Assembly: GCA_965223005.1 (NCBI GenBank)
Contig: CBDCVK010000003.1
Location: 1 to 64,000, forward strand
DNA from: Terriglobia bacterium
GTDB lineage: Bacteria > Acidobacteriota > Terriglobia > JAJPHL01 > JAPKYU01
DNA length: 64,000 bases
Direction of reading: 5' to 3'
The notes beneath the pieces are model-generated. The model had not been told where the DNA came from. It worked only from the letters and a program-made list of their open reading frames with translations, and did no database searches. Shown piece by piece: positions 12,054 to 21,894 of the stretch; position 1 is the first letter of the stretch, and each line of letters begins with the position of its first letter. The position numbers and the translations under genes are program-made.

Positions 12054-13547
12054 CAGCCCGTGTCTAAAATCGCCAGATGGGGAAGAAACATGTTACTTCG
12101 GAAATGTTCTTACTTACAATCGGGCCATGGCCATGGGAACGCGCAAGCATCGTCAGCGACAAGAGCCGCTGTGGTATCGGGCAGAGTTGGCCGAGGCGCC
12201 CGGACACCCGTTCTACCGGCGGCTGCACCAACTGTTGGAGGAAGCCGATTTTGATCGATTCTGCGAGAGTCGGTGCCGGCAGTTCTACCACGAGCGGCTG
12301 GGCCGACCGTCGTTGCCGCCGGGGATGTACTTCCGGTTGATGCTGATCGGCTTCTTCGAGGGGATCGACAGCGAGCGAGGCATCGCCTGGCGGGTGGCCG
12401 ATTCCTTGAGTTTGCGGCAGTTTTTGCAGATTGGGCTGGATGAACAGACGCCGGATCATGTGACGATCTCGCGCACGCGGCGGCTGATGGACGAGCCGAC
12501 GCACCAGGAAGTGTTTGGATGGGTGCTGCGGCTGGTGGCCGAACGGGGCCTGCTGAAGGGCAAGACGATCGGCATTGACGCCACCACGCTGGAAGCCAAC
12601 GCGGCCATGAGGTCGATCATGCGGCGGGACAGCGGGGAAAGCTATACGGAGTACCTGAAGCGGTTGGCGGAGGCCGAAGGGATCGAAGCCCAGGATGCAG
12701 CGGCGCTGCGGAGGATGGACCGCTGCCGACCGAAGAAGATGTCCAATGCGAAGTGGGTGAACCCACATGATCGGGAAGCGGAGATCACCCGGATGAAGGA
12801 CGGGCCGCACGGCACTGGCTTACAAGGCCGAGCATGCGGTGGACATGGAGACTGGGGCGATTGTGGCGCTGACGGCGCACGGGGGAGCGACCGGCGACAC
12901 GGAATCGGTTCAGCAGACCCTGCCGGCGGCCGGCGCGGCGGTGGGCGAGCAGATCGCGACACCCACGGCCGAAGGGGAGTTTGTGGTGAACGCAGACGGG
13001 GTGGAAGAGGTGGTGGCCGACAAGGGGTATCACAGTGGGGAAGTGCTGGCAGAGATGCAGGCGATGGAGGTGCGGACCTACATTGCGGAGCCGGAGCGGG
13101 GACGGCGGCAATGGACGGGCAAGGAAGAGCAGAAGGCGGCGGTCTACCGCAATCGGCGGCGGGTGACGGGGCAGCGAGGGAAGGCGCTGCTGCGGAAACG
13201 TGGGGAGATGCTGGAGCGTCCGTTTGCGCACATGTATGAGACGGGCAGGATGAGACGCTTGTATGTCCGTGGGAAGATAAACGTGCAAAAGAAACTGTTG
13301 CTGCAGGCAGCAGCCTGCAACCTGGCGCTAGTTTTGCGCCAGCTGCTGGGGGCGGGAACCCCGCGAGGCCTGCAAGACCGCATCACCGAGCTGTTTTTGC
13401 TCGTTTTCTGGATCACTGCCACAAGAATGGCCCACCCCGAATCCCCCACGCCCCTATCCTGGTGCAACGGTCAAATTCACGGCTTTGCTCTTCACTTGCC
13501 CCGCCTGAAAAAGAGGCCGGCCCAAAGGCCGGTTTAGACACGGGCTG
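12054..13547 (+). mobile_element. IS1182/IS5-like insertion sequence
   Basis: 15-bp perfect TIR CAGCCCGTGTCTAAA / TTTAGACACGGGCTG; TTAG target duplication (12050-12053, 13548-13551). Confidence 0.9.
12127..13537 (+). CDS. IS1182-family DDE transposase with a +1 frameshift at ~12802
   Basis: GRPSLPP, SERGI, PDHVTISRTR, IDAT, ADKGY, ERPFAH motifs; two ORFs join on removing one G. Confidence 0.85.
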
Positions 13548-13603
13548 TTAGGGCTCCCTATCGGTGGCGTAGCTCGGAGGGGGAATGTAGAGATGCGAAC
13601 AGT

Positions 13604-13807
13604 CTAGGTCGCGCGGACTTGGGTTCCAGTTCGCCTTGACTCACCCGAATAGATCGCCTGGCCTTTTAGGGCAAGGTCCTCCCTGGTGCGCCGATCCCAG
13701 TCCAGGATTCTGCGCCGGTCAAGCAATTGCAGTGCGGATGCGGGCCGCTGTTCCCGGCGCCGGTCTGGGCTGCTGCTCCGATGTACTCTCCGCCGTTTTA
13801 TCTGCAA
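13604..13807 (-). CDS. Small hypothetical protein (DRR-rich)
   Basis: TTG start preceded by AGGAG; no recognisable domain. Confidence 0.25.
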   Translation of the reverse strand: MQIKRRRVHRSSSPDRRREQRPASALQLLDRRRILDWDRRTREDLALKGQAIYSGESRRTGTQVRAT

Positions 13808-13846
13808 GTTCCTTCTCCTTTCCGCTCTCGGGTCAGGAATCCGTCG

Positions 13847-15285
13847 GAGGGTGTCCTGAACTCAGTTGAAAGTTCGTAGCGGCGGTTCGGAGCCATCATA
13901 CTACGCCACCTCCCGTCGAGTGGCCGACTTTGATCCTTCGAGGATCGCTTTCAACATCCACAGGTCCTGGTACCCCATCAGGCGGCGGAAGTTTTTCTCC
14001 GCGGCCAGGAAGCTGGAGGCGACCCAGCGCTGGACCATGGCCGCATCCCGCCAGCGGCACACCCGGCGAGTTCGCAACCTCACTCCCGCCTGCGGACTCT
14101 CGATGAGATTGGTGGTGGCCAGACAGCGATGCAGCGAAGCCGGAAGCCCCAGCCGGTTGATGGTGAAACATTCCTCCAGACCCTCCCGCAAGCTGGCCGC
14201 CGCGGCCGGACAATCTCGCTCCAACCATTGGGCCAACTTCTCCAGCTTGGCCCTGCCGGTCTTCGGATCCAACCGCCAGGCGGCCCGCATCGCCGCCCGC
14301 ACCTGGTCCCGCTCTGGCTCCGGCAACCGGTCCAGGACGTTGCGCAACTTGTGGGCGCGGCAGCGCTGCACCGGCTGCTCGGCCCCGAACACGGCGCGGA
14401 TCGCCGCCCGCAAGGCCTTCGAGCCGTCGATCACAAACAGCCGTTTCTGGGCCGGCTGCACCCCTCGCCGCACTAAACCTTCCAGCAAGTCCTGGACGGC
14501 CGCGGCGTTCTCCGTAGCCCCCTCCTGAATCCCCAGCACGTGCTTGTGCCCTTCCGCATCCACGCCCACAGCCGCAATCACGTGATGGTCGCCAAACACC
14601 ATCCCGTCGATGTAGAGGATCAGCAACTCTACTTCCTCGAAGCGGCGGTTCAACAGACGTTCTAACTCGGCTGCGGCAGCCTCCATCGTTTCCCGGCTGA
14701 CCGTGGAGCGCGACACACCCACGGTGTCCGCCATCTCCGGCAACACCCGCTGGTACTGCCGTGTCGAGACGCCCCGCAGCAAGATATCCAACATCCGGGC
14801 CCCCAGACCCTCGCCCTCCTGCATGGCTTCGTAGGCCGGGAGGGGAACTTCTTTCCCCGCTCCCCGGCCTGGCCGCCGGAGCCGTGGCCTGTGCACGGCC
14901 AGCTTTCTCTCCTTCAGGCGCACCCGTCCCCGCTGGCGCCCATACCAGCCTACCCCACGGCGCCGCCGGCCCTGACGGCGTGGACCGGCCACCTGCGCGG
15001 CCGACAACTCCAGCACCGCTTCAATCGCCGCCCTACCCACCACGTCGATCAGCTCGTCGACGGCTAACCGCGATTGTTCGATCAACTCCACCCAGGGCAG
15101 CAGAAACTGCCCGTGGCGAGCCAGGTAGGCAGCCAGTTTGCGGGAGCTTCGGCTATCGCTCCGGCCTAGGATGTGGTAGCTTCTCTGCACGGCGGTTCCC
15201 CTTTCCAGAAAGTTTCCCAACCCGATTCTACGGAACCAGGTCAGCGAACCGCCGCTCGACTTTCAACTAAAGGTGAGACACTCTC
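13847..15285 (-). mobile_element. IS256-family insertion sequence
   Basis: Imperfect ~40-bp TIRs (GAGGGTGTC..AGTTGAAAGT..GCGGCGGTTC); 8-bp target duplication ATCCGTCG (13839-13846, 15286-15293). Confidence 0.9.
13901..15220 (-). CDS. IS256-family (Mutator) transposase, intact
   Basis: GVSTRQY, LYIDG, VIDGSKAL, QRCRAHKLRN, TTNLIES motifs; start uncertain. Confidence 0.9.
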   Translation of the reverse strand: MGNFLERGTAVQRSYHILGRSDSRSSRKLAAYLARHGQFLLPWVELIEQSRLAVDELIDVVGRAAIEAVLELSAAQVAGPRRQGRRRRGVGWYGRQRGRVRLKERKLAVHRPRLRRPGRGAGKEVPLPAYEAMQEGEGLGARMLDILLRGVSTRQYQRVLPEMADTVGVSRSTVSRETMEAAAAELERLLNRRFEEVELLILYIDGMVFGDHHVIAAVGVDAEGHKHVLGIQEGATENAAAVQDLLEGLVRRGVQPAQKRLFVIDGSKALRAAIRAVFGAEQPVQRCRAHKLRNVLDRLPEPERDQVRAAMRAAWRLDPKTGRAKLEKLAQWLERDCPAAAASLREGLEECFTINRLGLPASLHRCLATTNLIESPQAGVRLRTRRVCRWRDAAMVQRWVASSFLAAEKNFRRLMGYQDLWMLKAILEGSKSATRREVA

Positions 15286-15337
15286 ATCCGTCGTGGAAAC
15301 ACTCTAGTTGTACGCCGCGAAACGGGGAAGCAGAGCC

Positions 15338-15481
15338 ATGGATTTAGTTACATCCAAGTCACTTCTTAAGCTGAGTGCTCGAGACAAGCGAATGCTAAAT
15401 CTGTTGCTTCAAGACCGTCCTGCGTCAAGCCTCACTGATTCGGCGCACTTGGTGGAAATCACATGCGGAGGCTGGCGTTAG
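15338..15481 (+). pseudogene. Possible truncated LuxR-type HTH remnant
   Basis: MDLVTSKSLLKLSARDKRMLNLLLQ resembles LuxR HTH helix 1 (LTPRE.VL.LL); remainder diverges. Confidence 0.25.
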
Positions 15482-15904
15482 AAGTACGGCCTAGCTTCTC
15501 GCAGCCGCATCAGGGGCCAGGGGTGATGCTAGGGGGCATCACTCTGGGACTCTCTCCTGCTCTACGCTCGCCTACAATGCCGATCGTCAGTCAGCAGCGC
15601 AGTCCAGCCGTGTCAGGGGGTGTGGCGGGCGTCATGTATATTCATACAAGTATTCCGAATTACAAGATTCTGGCTCGGACTGGTACCATCAGGACCCTCG
15701 CCCGACCCGCGTGGCGGAAGCCTCGCATGCGCAGTGTGATGGCGTCCAGCGATTGTGACGTAACCCTGCTATCCAAACCCAGCTAACCCCTTGTCACTCG
15801 GTGTGCCTCAGTATCACTCGTCGGGGGCACAGAATAGGGGGATGCACCGCTGGTCATATCACTTGGGCTCACTCCTTCTCATCGCTTGTCACTTCGGTCT
15901 CCGA

Positions 15905-15943
15905 ACTTACAAGCAGGAGGTCGGAGGTTCGAGCCCTCCACCG
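15905..15943 (+). repeat. Second, shorter copy of the tRNA-Val(TAC) 3' half (39 bp identical to 11778-11816); older att scar
   Basis: acttacaagcaggaggtcggaggttcgagccctccaccg exact repeat, lacks CCCACCA. Confidence 0.85.
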
Positions 15944-16071
15944 ACTGTGGCTGCCTACATGCTAACGCTGATTGAAGGATCCGTTACGGGGTGAAGAATC
16001 TGGGGGCGGCGAGACGCCCGGACGCATACAAAAGCTCCTAGAGGAGTCACATGCGCAATTCCATCGAAGGA

Positions 16072-17268
16072 TTATTGCGAACCGACTTGGGCGTGACTCC
16101 GGATGGCCTGCTCGTAGATACGCATGAGCTCACGGTAGTTGCATTCCCTATTGTACTTTGCTTCAAACACCGCGCGGGCTGCGCGGCCCATCTCTTCCAT
16201 CTGCTGGGGATGGTTCCAGCTCCAGCCCACTCGTTCTGCCAGATCGTCCGCCTCCCCAGGTCGAAAGTGCAAACCCGTGCAACCCTCCTCGACAATTTCT
16301 TCCATCCCACCCATTCCCGACACGAGCACGGGGACACCGCAGGTAAAAGCTTCCACTACGACCACGCCGAACATTTCGTAGGATTCGCTCGGCAAGATCA
16401 GAAGCCGCGCCTGTTTAATCGCTGCCAGGGTCTGGCAGTGTGGCAAGTGTCCTAAAAACCGGACGCTCGAAAGACCCTGCCGGGCGGCTTCCGCCTCCAG
16501 CTCCGAGCGTAAAGGGCCGTCGCCGATAATGCGGAGGGGAACGTGGCCGCCGAGTCGCTCCCAGGCAAGCAGCAGCGTGTGTAGCCCCTTCTCCTTTGAC
16601 AGGCGGCCGACAAACACCGCGTAATCCCCAGTCTCATGCCGCACTCCGGGATCGGGATACACAACGTTGGGCTTGACCGCAATTTTCTCCTCTGGCAGCC
16701 TCGCCTCAGTGAATTTCCTGCGGCCAAACTCGCTGGGAACAAGGTAGCAGTCCACCTTATTCATCCAAGTTCCTCGGGTCCGGTGAAGGGCAAGCATGAG
16801 AGCGACGGCGCCGGTTGTCAGGCGCGAGCCCTGATAGCAGCCATAGCGTACACCTCGCCAGAGACTGTGCTGGAGGCACTCCTGGCAGGCCTTCCCGTTC
16901 CGGAAAAAAGTCCCGGCGGAGCAAAACAGCCTATAGTTCGACAGTGTCTGCACGACAGGGACATTTGCCTCTTGGCAGGCATAGTAAGCCGCTGGCGAGA
17001 TGAGTGGGAACGTATTGTGGAAGTGGGCGACTTCCGGCCGCTCCCGTTGCAAGACCTCCCGAAGCTGCTGGTGTGAGTCCCAAGCCCAAATCGCTCGCGG
17101 AGCTAGCGTTGTTTTGCCCCACCACCCGCTGCTGTAAATCTCCTCATTGTGTCGCAAGTATTCGGCTACCCGATGCCCGCTGCTGTTGAGCAACGCTTTG
17201 TTGGCACAGAACTGTGTGTCCTCGCCTCCGAGCGACCGGTAGCAATTATGGGCCAGCAAGATCTTCAA
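16072..17268 (-). CDS. Glycosyltransferase family 4
   Basis: MKILLAHN..GGED, HFHNTFPLISPA, FVGRLSKEKG, E.FG.VVVEA motifs. Confidence 0.9.
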   Translation of the reverse strand: MKILLAHNCYRSLGGEDTQFCANKALLNSSGHRVAEYLRHNEEIYSSGWWGKTTLAPRAIWAWDSHQQLREVLQRERPEVAHFHNTFPLISPAAYYACQEANVPVVQTLSNYRLFCSAGTFFRNGKACQECLQHSLWRGVRYGCYQGSRLTTGAVALMLALHRTRGTWMNKVDCYLVPSEFGRRKFTEARLPEEKIAVKPNVVYPDPGVRHETGDYAVFVGRLSKEKGLHTLLLAWERLGGHVPLRIIGDGPLRSELEAEAARQGLSSVRFLGHLPHCQTLAAIKQARLLILPSESYEMFGVVVVEAFTCGVPVLVSGMGGMEEIVEEGCTGLHFRPGEADDLAERVGWSWNHPQQMEEMGRAARAVFEAKYNRECNYRELMRIYEQAIRSHAQVGSQ

Positions 17269-17463
17269 GATAGATTGAGTCCTCTGTGACCGTACGGAAT
17301 CAGACGCTTCGTCACGGATTCAGCAAAAGAACCTAGGGTATTCTCCCGGGGATGTTGAGTATAAACGGGGATTTTGGATTTTGGCAAGCAGTGTCTTAGA
17401 CAAAGCGGCCGCCGACCACGGTTTGTACGACTTCGGCTTGGCGCACCTCGGCGTGGCGGTGGG

Positions 17464-18354
17464 TCATGTTGGCGGTTCGCTGGAACTCTGGACTGCTTCG
17501 GCACGCAGCTGCTCGCGTTCCAGCGCCGAATTCAGTTCGCCTCCAAGCAGCAGCACGACCGCCGATGCGTAGAACCACAGCATCAGCGAAATCACAGCGG
17601 TTAGCGCGCCGTAAGTAGCCTCGTACCTGCCGTAGCGCGGCAGGTAGAAGGAAAGGCCCATGGAAATCACGACCCAGGCACAGACGGCCACTAGGGCGCC
17701 GGCAGTCAGCCAACGCCAGCGATGGCGAACATCGGGCGCGGCGTAGTAGATGACATCCAGCGCCAGGATCAGAACAGCGACACCCGCGACCCACCGCACG
17801 GGCGTCCAGATGAAGAGTGGCAGACCCAGGTAGCGGTAGGCCAGAGCACTCAGGCGCTCACCGAAAACCAACAGCACCGTCGAGACCAGCGCCATCAGGC
17901 CCAGCACCAAAGTGAGCCCGATCGCCATCAGGCGCGCCTTCCAAAAGGGGCGCGACTCCTTGACCTCGTAGGCGACGTTCAGTCCCTCGATCACGGCTGC
18001 GAAACCCGCTGAGGCCGACCACAACAAGGCCACCGCGCTGAGGGAAAGCAGTCCTTCGCGCGTGTAGGTGAGCAACGTGTGCAAATTACCCTGTACCAGG
18101 CTCATCGCCCGCGGTGGAACCACCGGTTTCAGCAGAACGATGAGCCGGTCCAAGGCGTCCGGTTGCGTAACGTAGGGGACCAGCGTAGTCAGCAGAAGCA
18201 GGAACGGAAAGACCGCCAGCAGGAAAAAGAAGGCCAGCTGGCCGGCCAGTCCGAAGACATTGTCGTCGAGAGTCTTCCGAACAACACGCCAGGCCAGCCC
18301 GCCCAGGCGGCTCAGGGTTGAGCGGTTCTGCGCGACAGCAGTCAATGTGGTCAT
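17464..18354 (-). CDS. YihY/BrkB family membrane protein
   Basis: LAGQLAFFFLLAVFP, LNVAYEVKESRPFWK, YGALTAVISLMLWFY, LLGGELN. Confidence 0.9.
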   Translation of the reverse strand: MTTLTAVAQNRSTLSRLGGLAWRVVRKTLDDNVFGLAGQLAFFFLLAVFPFLLLLTTLVPYVTQPDALDRLIVLLKPVVPPRAMSLVQGNLHTLLTYTREGLLSLSAVALLWSASAGFAAVIEGLNVAYEVKESRPFWKARLMAIGLTLVLGLMALVSTVLLVFGERLSALAYRYLGLPLFIWTPVRWVAGVAVLILALDVIYYAAPDVRHRWRWLTAGALVAVCAWVVISMGLSFYLPRYGRYEATYGALTAVISLMLWFYASAVVLLLGGELNSALEREQLRAEAVQSSSEPPT

Positions 18355-18406
18355 GAGGGCCCGTCGCTTGCGGCCGGCCCCGTGGACGGAAGACGGGCAC
18401 CCTTCC

Positions 18407-18434
18407 ACCCGCTACATCATACCCGCTACATCAT
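18407..18434. repeat. 14-bp tandem duplication ACCCGCTACATCAT in the YihY upstream region
   Basis: Direct reading; gives two TATGAT -10-like hexamers on the minus strand. Confidence 0.8.
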
Positions 18435-18768
18435 AATAGATGACCGACTCCCCGGAGTGCCTCCAGATGATACGCCGAAGCTCACCTCCCTCCTGGCACT
18501 TTGTTGAATCACCGCCCGGTTCTCGACAGAATAGAATTTGCTCTGCGTGACTGGGCCAAGGTTTCCAGTAACGTGGAGGCGACTTCCCTAGCCCCTCCTA
18601 CTGCCCGGCTCTTGACCCGGTGGGACAAGTTCGACCGGCCAGCGCCAGCCGCTGGCGATCATCCCGGCCGGCTGGTTGGCCGGCGGGTTAGGTTGTAATT
18701 TGGCAAAGCCCAGGTGTGAAACGCTGCTATTATGGCGGCAGATCGCCCTATCGCGCGAATGTAAGAGC

Positions 18769-19089
18769 ATGCCCGATAAGCCCAAATTCGAGGGACCCGA
18801 CCGGCGTCAGCGGTACCGGGTCACCAACGAGGTCAAGATCCTGGTCAAGGCTGGGAAGATGTTTTCTCAGGTGGGAAGCGTCAAGAACCTCACCCGCAAT
18901 GGAATCTTCTTTGAGGCTTTTGGTGATTACCAGCCGGGCATGGGGATGGAAGTCATATTTCCCTACGACCCATCAAAGCCCTCGATGGAACGGCCCATGA
19001 GTGCCGAAGTCGTGCGGGTCCAAGAAATCGAAGGCTCAATCAAAAAGGGCGTGGCCATCAAGCTGCTTGGTATTTTCCTGAAACCCTAA
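18769..19089 (+). CDS. PilZ domain protein
   Basis: DRRQRYR (RxxxR) and NLTRNG (D/NxSxxG-like) motifs. Confidence 0.8.
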   Translation: MPDKPKFEGPDRRQRYRVTNEVKILVKAGKMFSQVGSVKNLTRNGIFFEAFGDYQPGMGMEVIFPYDPSKPSMERPMSAEVVRVQEIEGSIKKGVAIKLLGIFLKP

Positions 19090-19247
19090 ACAAATTGCAG
19101 GAAAAACTGCGCCCCAGTCCCCAAGTGTCTCTTGTTCCCACGCCCCGCGCAGCAGTTGGTGCAATTTATCGAGTCGCCATTGCTCGGGAGCACTCACCTC
19201 CGCTGATTCAGGTTTTCACTTCCCTCCCCCGCATTGGCGCCCCGCAC

Positions 19248-19676
19248 TCAAGACCACCGCCGCCAGCGACGTTCTGCTTGCCGCACTTGCTGCTCGTTCA
19301 GGCCGAAGTAATGTCCCACCTCGTGCCAAAGCGTCTCCCGGACGATTTGCCGAAGGTGTCTTTCGTTGCGCGCCAGCCGCTCGATCGGTCCCCGATAAAT
19401 GGAGATCTTGTCGGGAAGGACCAAGCCGTAGTTCGTAGTGCGATGGGTCAGCGGGACCCCGTGGTAGAGCCCGAGCAGTGTGGAGTCGGGTGGGCAGTCT
19501 GCTCGTTCGAGATCTCCTGCACTCGGTTCTTCCTCGATCGCGATCGCCACGTTGGCGATGCGGCGGCGGAAGGGCGCCGGGATTTGCAGACAAGCCTCCT
19601 CGACTAGGCGGGCAAACTCCTCCCGCTTGATGTGACGCGCACGCTTACCGGCCTGTTGCTTGGGGCTCGTGCCCAA
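19248..19676 (-). CDS. Zincin-like metallopeptidase (Zincin_1)
   Basis: LLGLYHGVPL..PDKISIYRGPI..HEVGHYFG; start uncertain. Confidence 0.85.
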   Translation of the reverse strand: MGTSPKQQAGKRARHIKREEFARLVEEACLQIPAPFRRRIANVAIAIEEEPSAGDLERADCPPDSTLLGLYHGVPLTHRTTNYGLVLPDKISIYRGPIERLARNERHLRQIVRETLWHEVGHYFGLNEQQVRQAERRWRRWS

Positions 19677-19773
19677 TAGCTTATCACGCGGGAAAATGCA
19701 CGCTGGAGCAAGCTCCGCAATGCCGGGCGCGCTTGCCGTTGCATTGTGATACACTGCACAAACAGCCGGCCTC

Positions 19774-21879
19774 ATGCTTAGCCTGGTTGTTCCCACATAC
19801 AACGAACGGCACAACCTGCCGACGCTGCTCGAGCGTCTGCAGTCGGCCCTGGCCGACTGCGGCGAGCCGTTTGAGGTGATCGTCGTGGATGACGACAGCC
19901 CTGATGGTACGGCCGCCGCAGCTCGCTCCCTTCAGCTAAGATTCCCCTGGCTGCGGGTCCGTGCCCGCAAGCACCAGCGCGACCTATCTACGGCGGTACT
20001 GGCCGGCTGGTTTGAAGGACGCGGCGACATTCTGGGCGTGATTGACGGCGACCTGCAGCACCCGCCGGAGTTGCTGCCCACCTTGCTCCGCCGTTTGAAA
20101 GAAACGGGCGCCGACCTGGTGATTGCCAGCCGCCACGTCCGCGGCGGCGGCGTCAGCCGCTGGAGTCCCCTGCGGCGCCTGATCTCCTGGGGTGCCACCC
20201 TGATGGCCGGTTTCATCCTGCCGGGCACGCTCAGCCGCGTGCGCGACCCCATGTCCGGCTACTTCTTGGTGCGCCGCGCCATCATCGAAGGCGCTCCGCT
20301 GCGCCCGGTGGGGTACAAGATTCTGCTGGAAGTGCTGGCTAAGGGCGAATACCAAACGGTCGAGGAAATCCCCTACATCTTCCAAGAACGTCTGCGCGGC
20401 GGCAGCAAGTTGAGTGCCCGCCACGGCTGGCAATACCTGCTGCACCTGACCTCGATCGCTCTGGACACAGGCGAGCTGCGGCGCGTGTTTTTCTACGGTG
20501 CCGTCGGTTTCTCCGGCGCGATCGTAAACCTGGGCGCACTGGCAGTGCTGGTGCGTCTGGTCGGTCTGCCCGCTTCGGTCGCCCTGCCAGGGGCGACGGC
20601 ACTGGCCATCGTGAACAATTTTGCGCTGAACGATCGCTTTACCTTTCCTGAGGCGCGCCGCAGAAACCCCGGCCCTGCTGCCACATTCACTCGGTTCCTG
20701 CGGTTCCTTTGGGTGGTGCTGGCCGGCGCGCTGCTGACTTTCTCCATCGCCATCGCACTGATTCGCTTTGCGCAGGCGCCACTGGAGCTGGCCGGGTTGT
20801 GCGGCATCAGTGCCGCGGCTTGCTGGAATTTCCTGCTGAACTCGCGCATCACTTGGCGGGCCTGGTGGGATCGCAGCGTGCACCTGCGGCGCTGGCGAGG
20901 CGCCGCCGTGCCACCACCCCCGTCCGACCTGGCCTGCAATCTGTGTGGCGGACGGCAATTTGTGGTGCTGTTCCGCGGGCGCGGCCCCGGGCCGGTCGGA
21001 CGCCCGGAGCTGTTCTGTTGCACCAGCATGGACCACGGCGACTACACCAACATTCTGCGATGCGTCTCCTGTTCACTCGTGGTGCTGGCGCCCTCCGATC
21101 CGGTGCCTGAAGTCGAACAGTTCTACCGCGGCGTGGAAGACCCGCTCTACTTGCGCGAGGAGCGGGGGCGTGTGCGCACCTTCGACCACTTGACGGACGA
21201 GATCGGAGAGCTGCGCAGCGGCGGGCGCCTGCTCGATGTGGGTTGCTATACCGGCGTCTTCCTGGAGCGGGCCCAGCGGCGGGGCTGGGAGGTCACCGGC
21301 CTGGAACCCAGCCAATGGGCGGCCGGCGTGGCGCGCAGCCGCGGCCTGAACGTCCTCGAAGGATTGCTGGCGGAAAACAACCTGCCGCCGGAAAGTTTTG
21401 ACGTCGTCACCGTATGGGATGCCATCGAGCATTTTGGCGACCCGCGCGCCGAGATCGACCGCCTAGCCCGCCTGCTAAAACCGGCCGGGCTGCTGGCTCT
21501 CTCCACCATGGACGTGGAAAGCGGGTTTGCCCGCCTGTTGGGGCCGCGCTGGCCCTGGTTCATGCGCATGCACCTGTATTACTTTTCTCCGGACACGTTG
21601 CGCGCCTTGCTGGCGCAGTGCAACCTGGAAGTGGCCAGGGTGCGGCGCCACCGGCGAATCGTCAGTGCACGCTATCTGTTGGAAAAAGCTGCGGCACAGT
21701 TTCCGTGGGCGAGCGGCGCTCTCGCCCTGATGGCCCGGTTGCCCCTGCTGGGGAGAGTTCACCTGCCGGTGAATTTCGGCGATATCATTAACGTCTACGC
21801 GGTGAAACAGCTCGAGAGCCCGTCTGACCAAACGGGTTTGGTGGCCGACGCCAAGCGGCAGTCCCCGCACACGGGATGA
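19774..21879 (+). CDS. Polyprenol-phosphate glycosyltransferase (GT2, DPM1-like) + GtrA flippase + Zn-ribbon class I methyltransferase fusion
   Basis: PTYNE, DDDSPDGT, DGDLQHP, DPMSGYF; 4-TM GtrA block (NNFALNDRFTF, WNFLLN); CNLC..CVSC, LLDVGCYTG, HLYYFS. Confidence 0.85.
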   Translation: MLSLVVPTYNERHNLPTLLERLQSALADCGEPFEVIVVDDDSPDGTAAAARSLQLRFPWLRVRARKHQRDLSTAVLAGWFEGRGDILGVIDGDLQHPPELLPTLLRRLKETGADLVIASRHVRGGGVSRWSPLRRLISWGATLMAGFILPGTLSRVRDPMSGYFLVRRAIIEGAPLRPVGYKILLEVLAKGEYQTVEEIPYIFQERLRGGSKLSARHGWQYLLHLTSIALDTGELRRVFFYGAVGFSGAIVNLGALAVLVRLVGLPASVALPGATALAIVNNFALNDRFTFPEARRRNPGPAATFTRFLRFLWVVLAGALLTFSIAIALIRFAQAPLELAGLCGISAAACWNFLLNSRITWRAWWDRSVHLRRWRGAAVPPPPSDLACNLCGGRQFVVLFRGRGPGPVGRPELFCCTSMDHGDYTNILRCVSCSLVVLAPSDPVPEVEQFYRGVEDPLYLREERGRVRTFDHLTDEIGELRSGGRLLDVGCYTGVFLERAQRRGWEVTGLEPSQWAAGVARSRGLNVLEGLLAENNLPPESFDVVTVWDAIEHFGDPRAEIDRLARLLKPAGLLALSTMDVESGFARLLGPRWPWFMRMHLYYFSPDTLRALLAQCNLEVARVRRHRRIVSARYLLEKAAAQFPWASGALALMARLPLLGRVHLPVNFGDIINVYAVKQLESPSDQTGLVADAKRQSPHTG

Positions 21880-21894
21880 ACTGGAGATGCGGAA

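Noticed and set aside
12790-12815. Programmed frameshift in the IS1182 transposase
   Set aside because: No slippery A-run; a single extra G fits the local indel pattern
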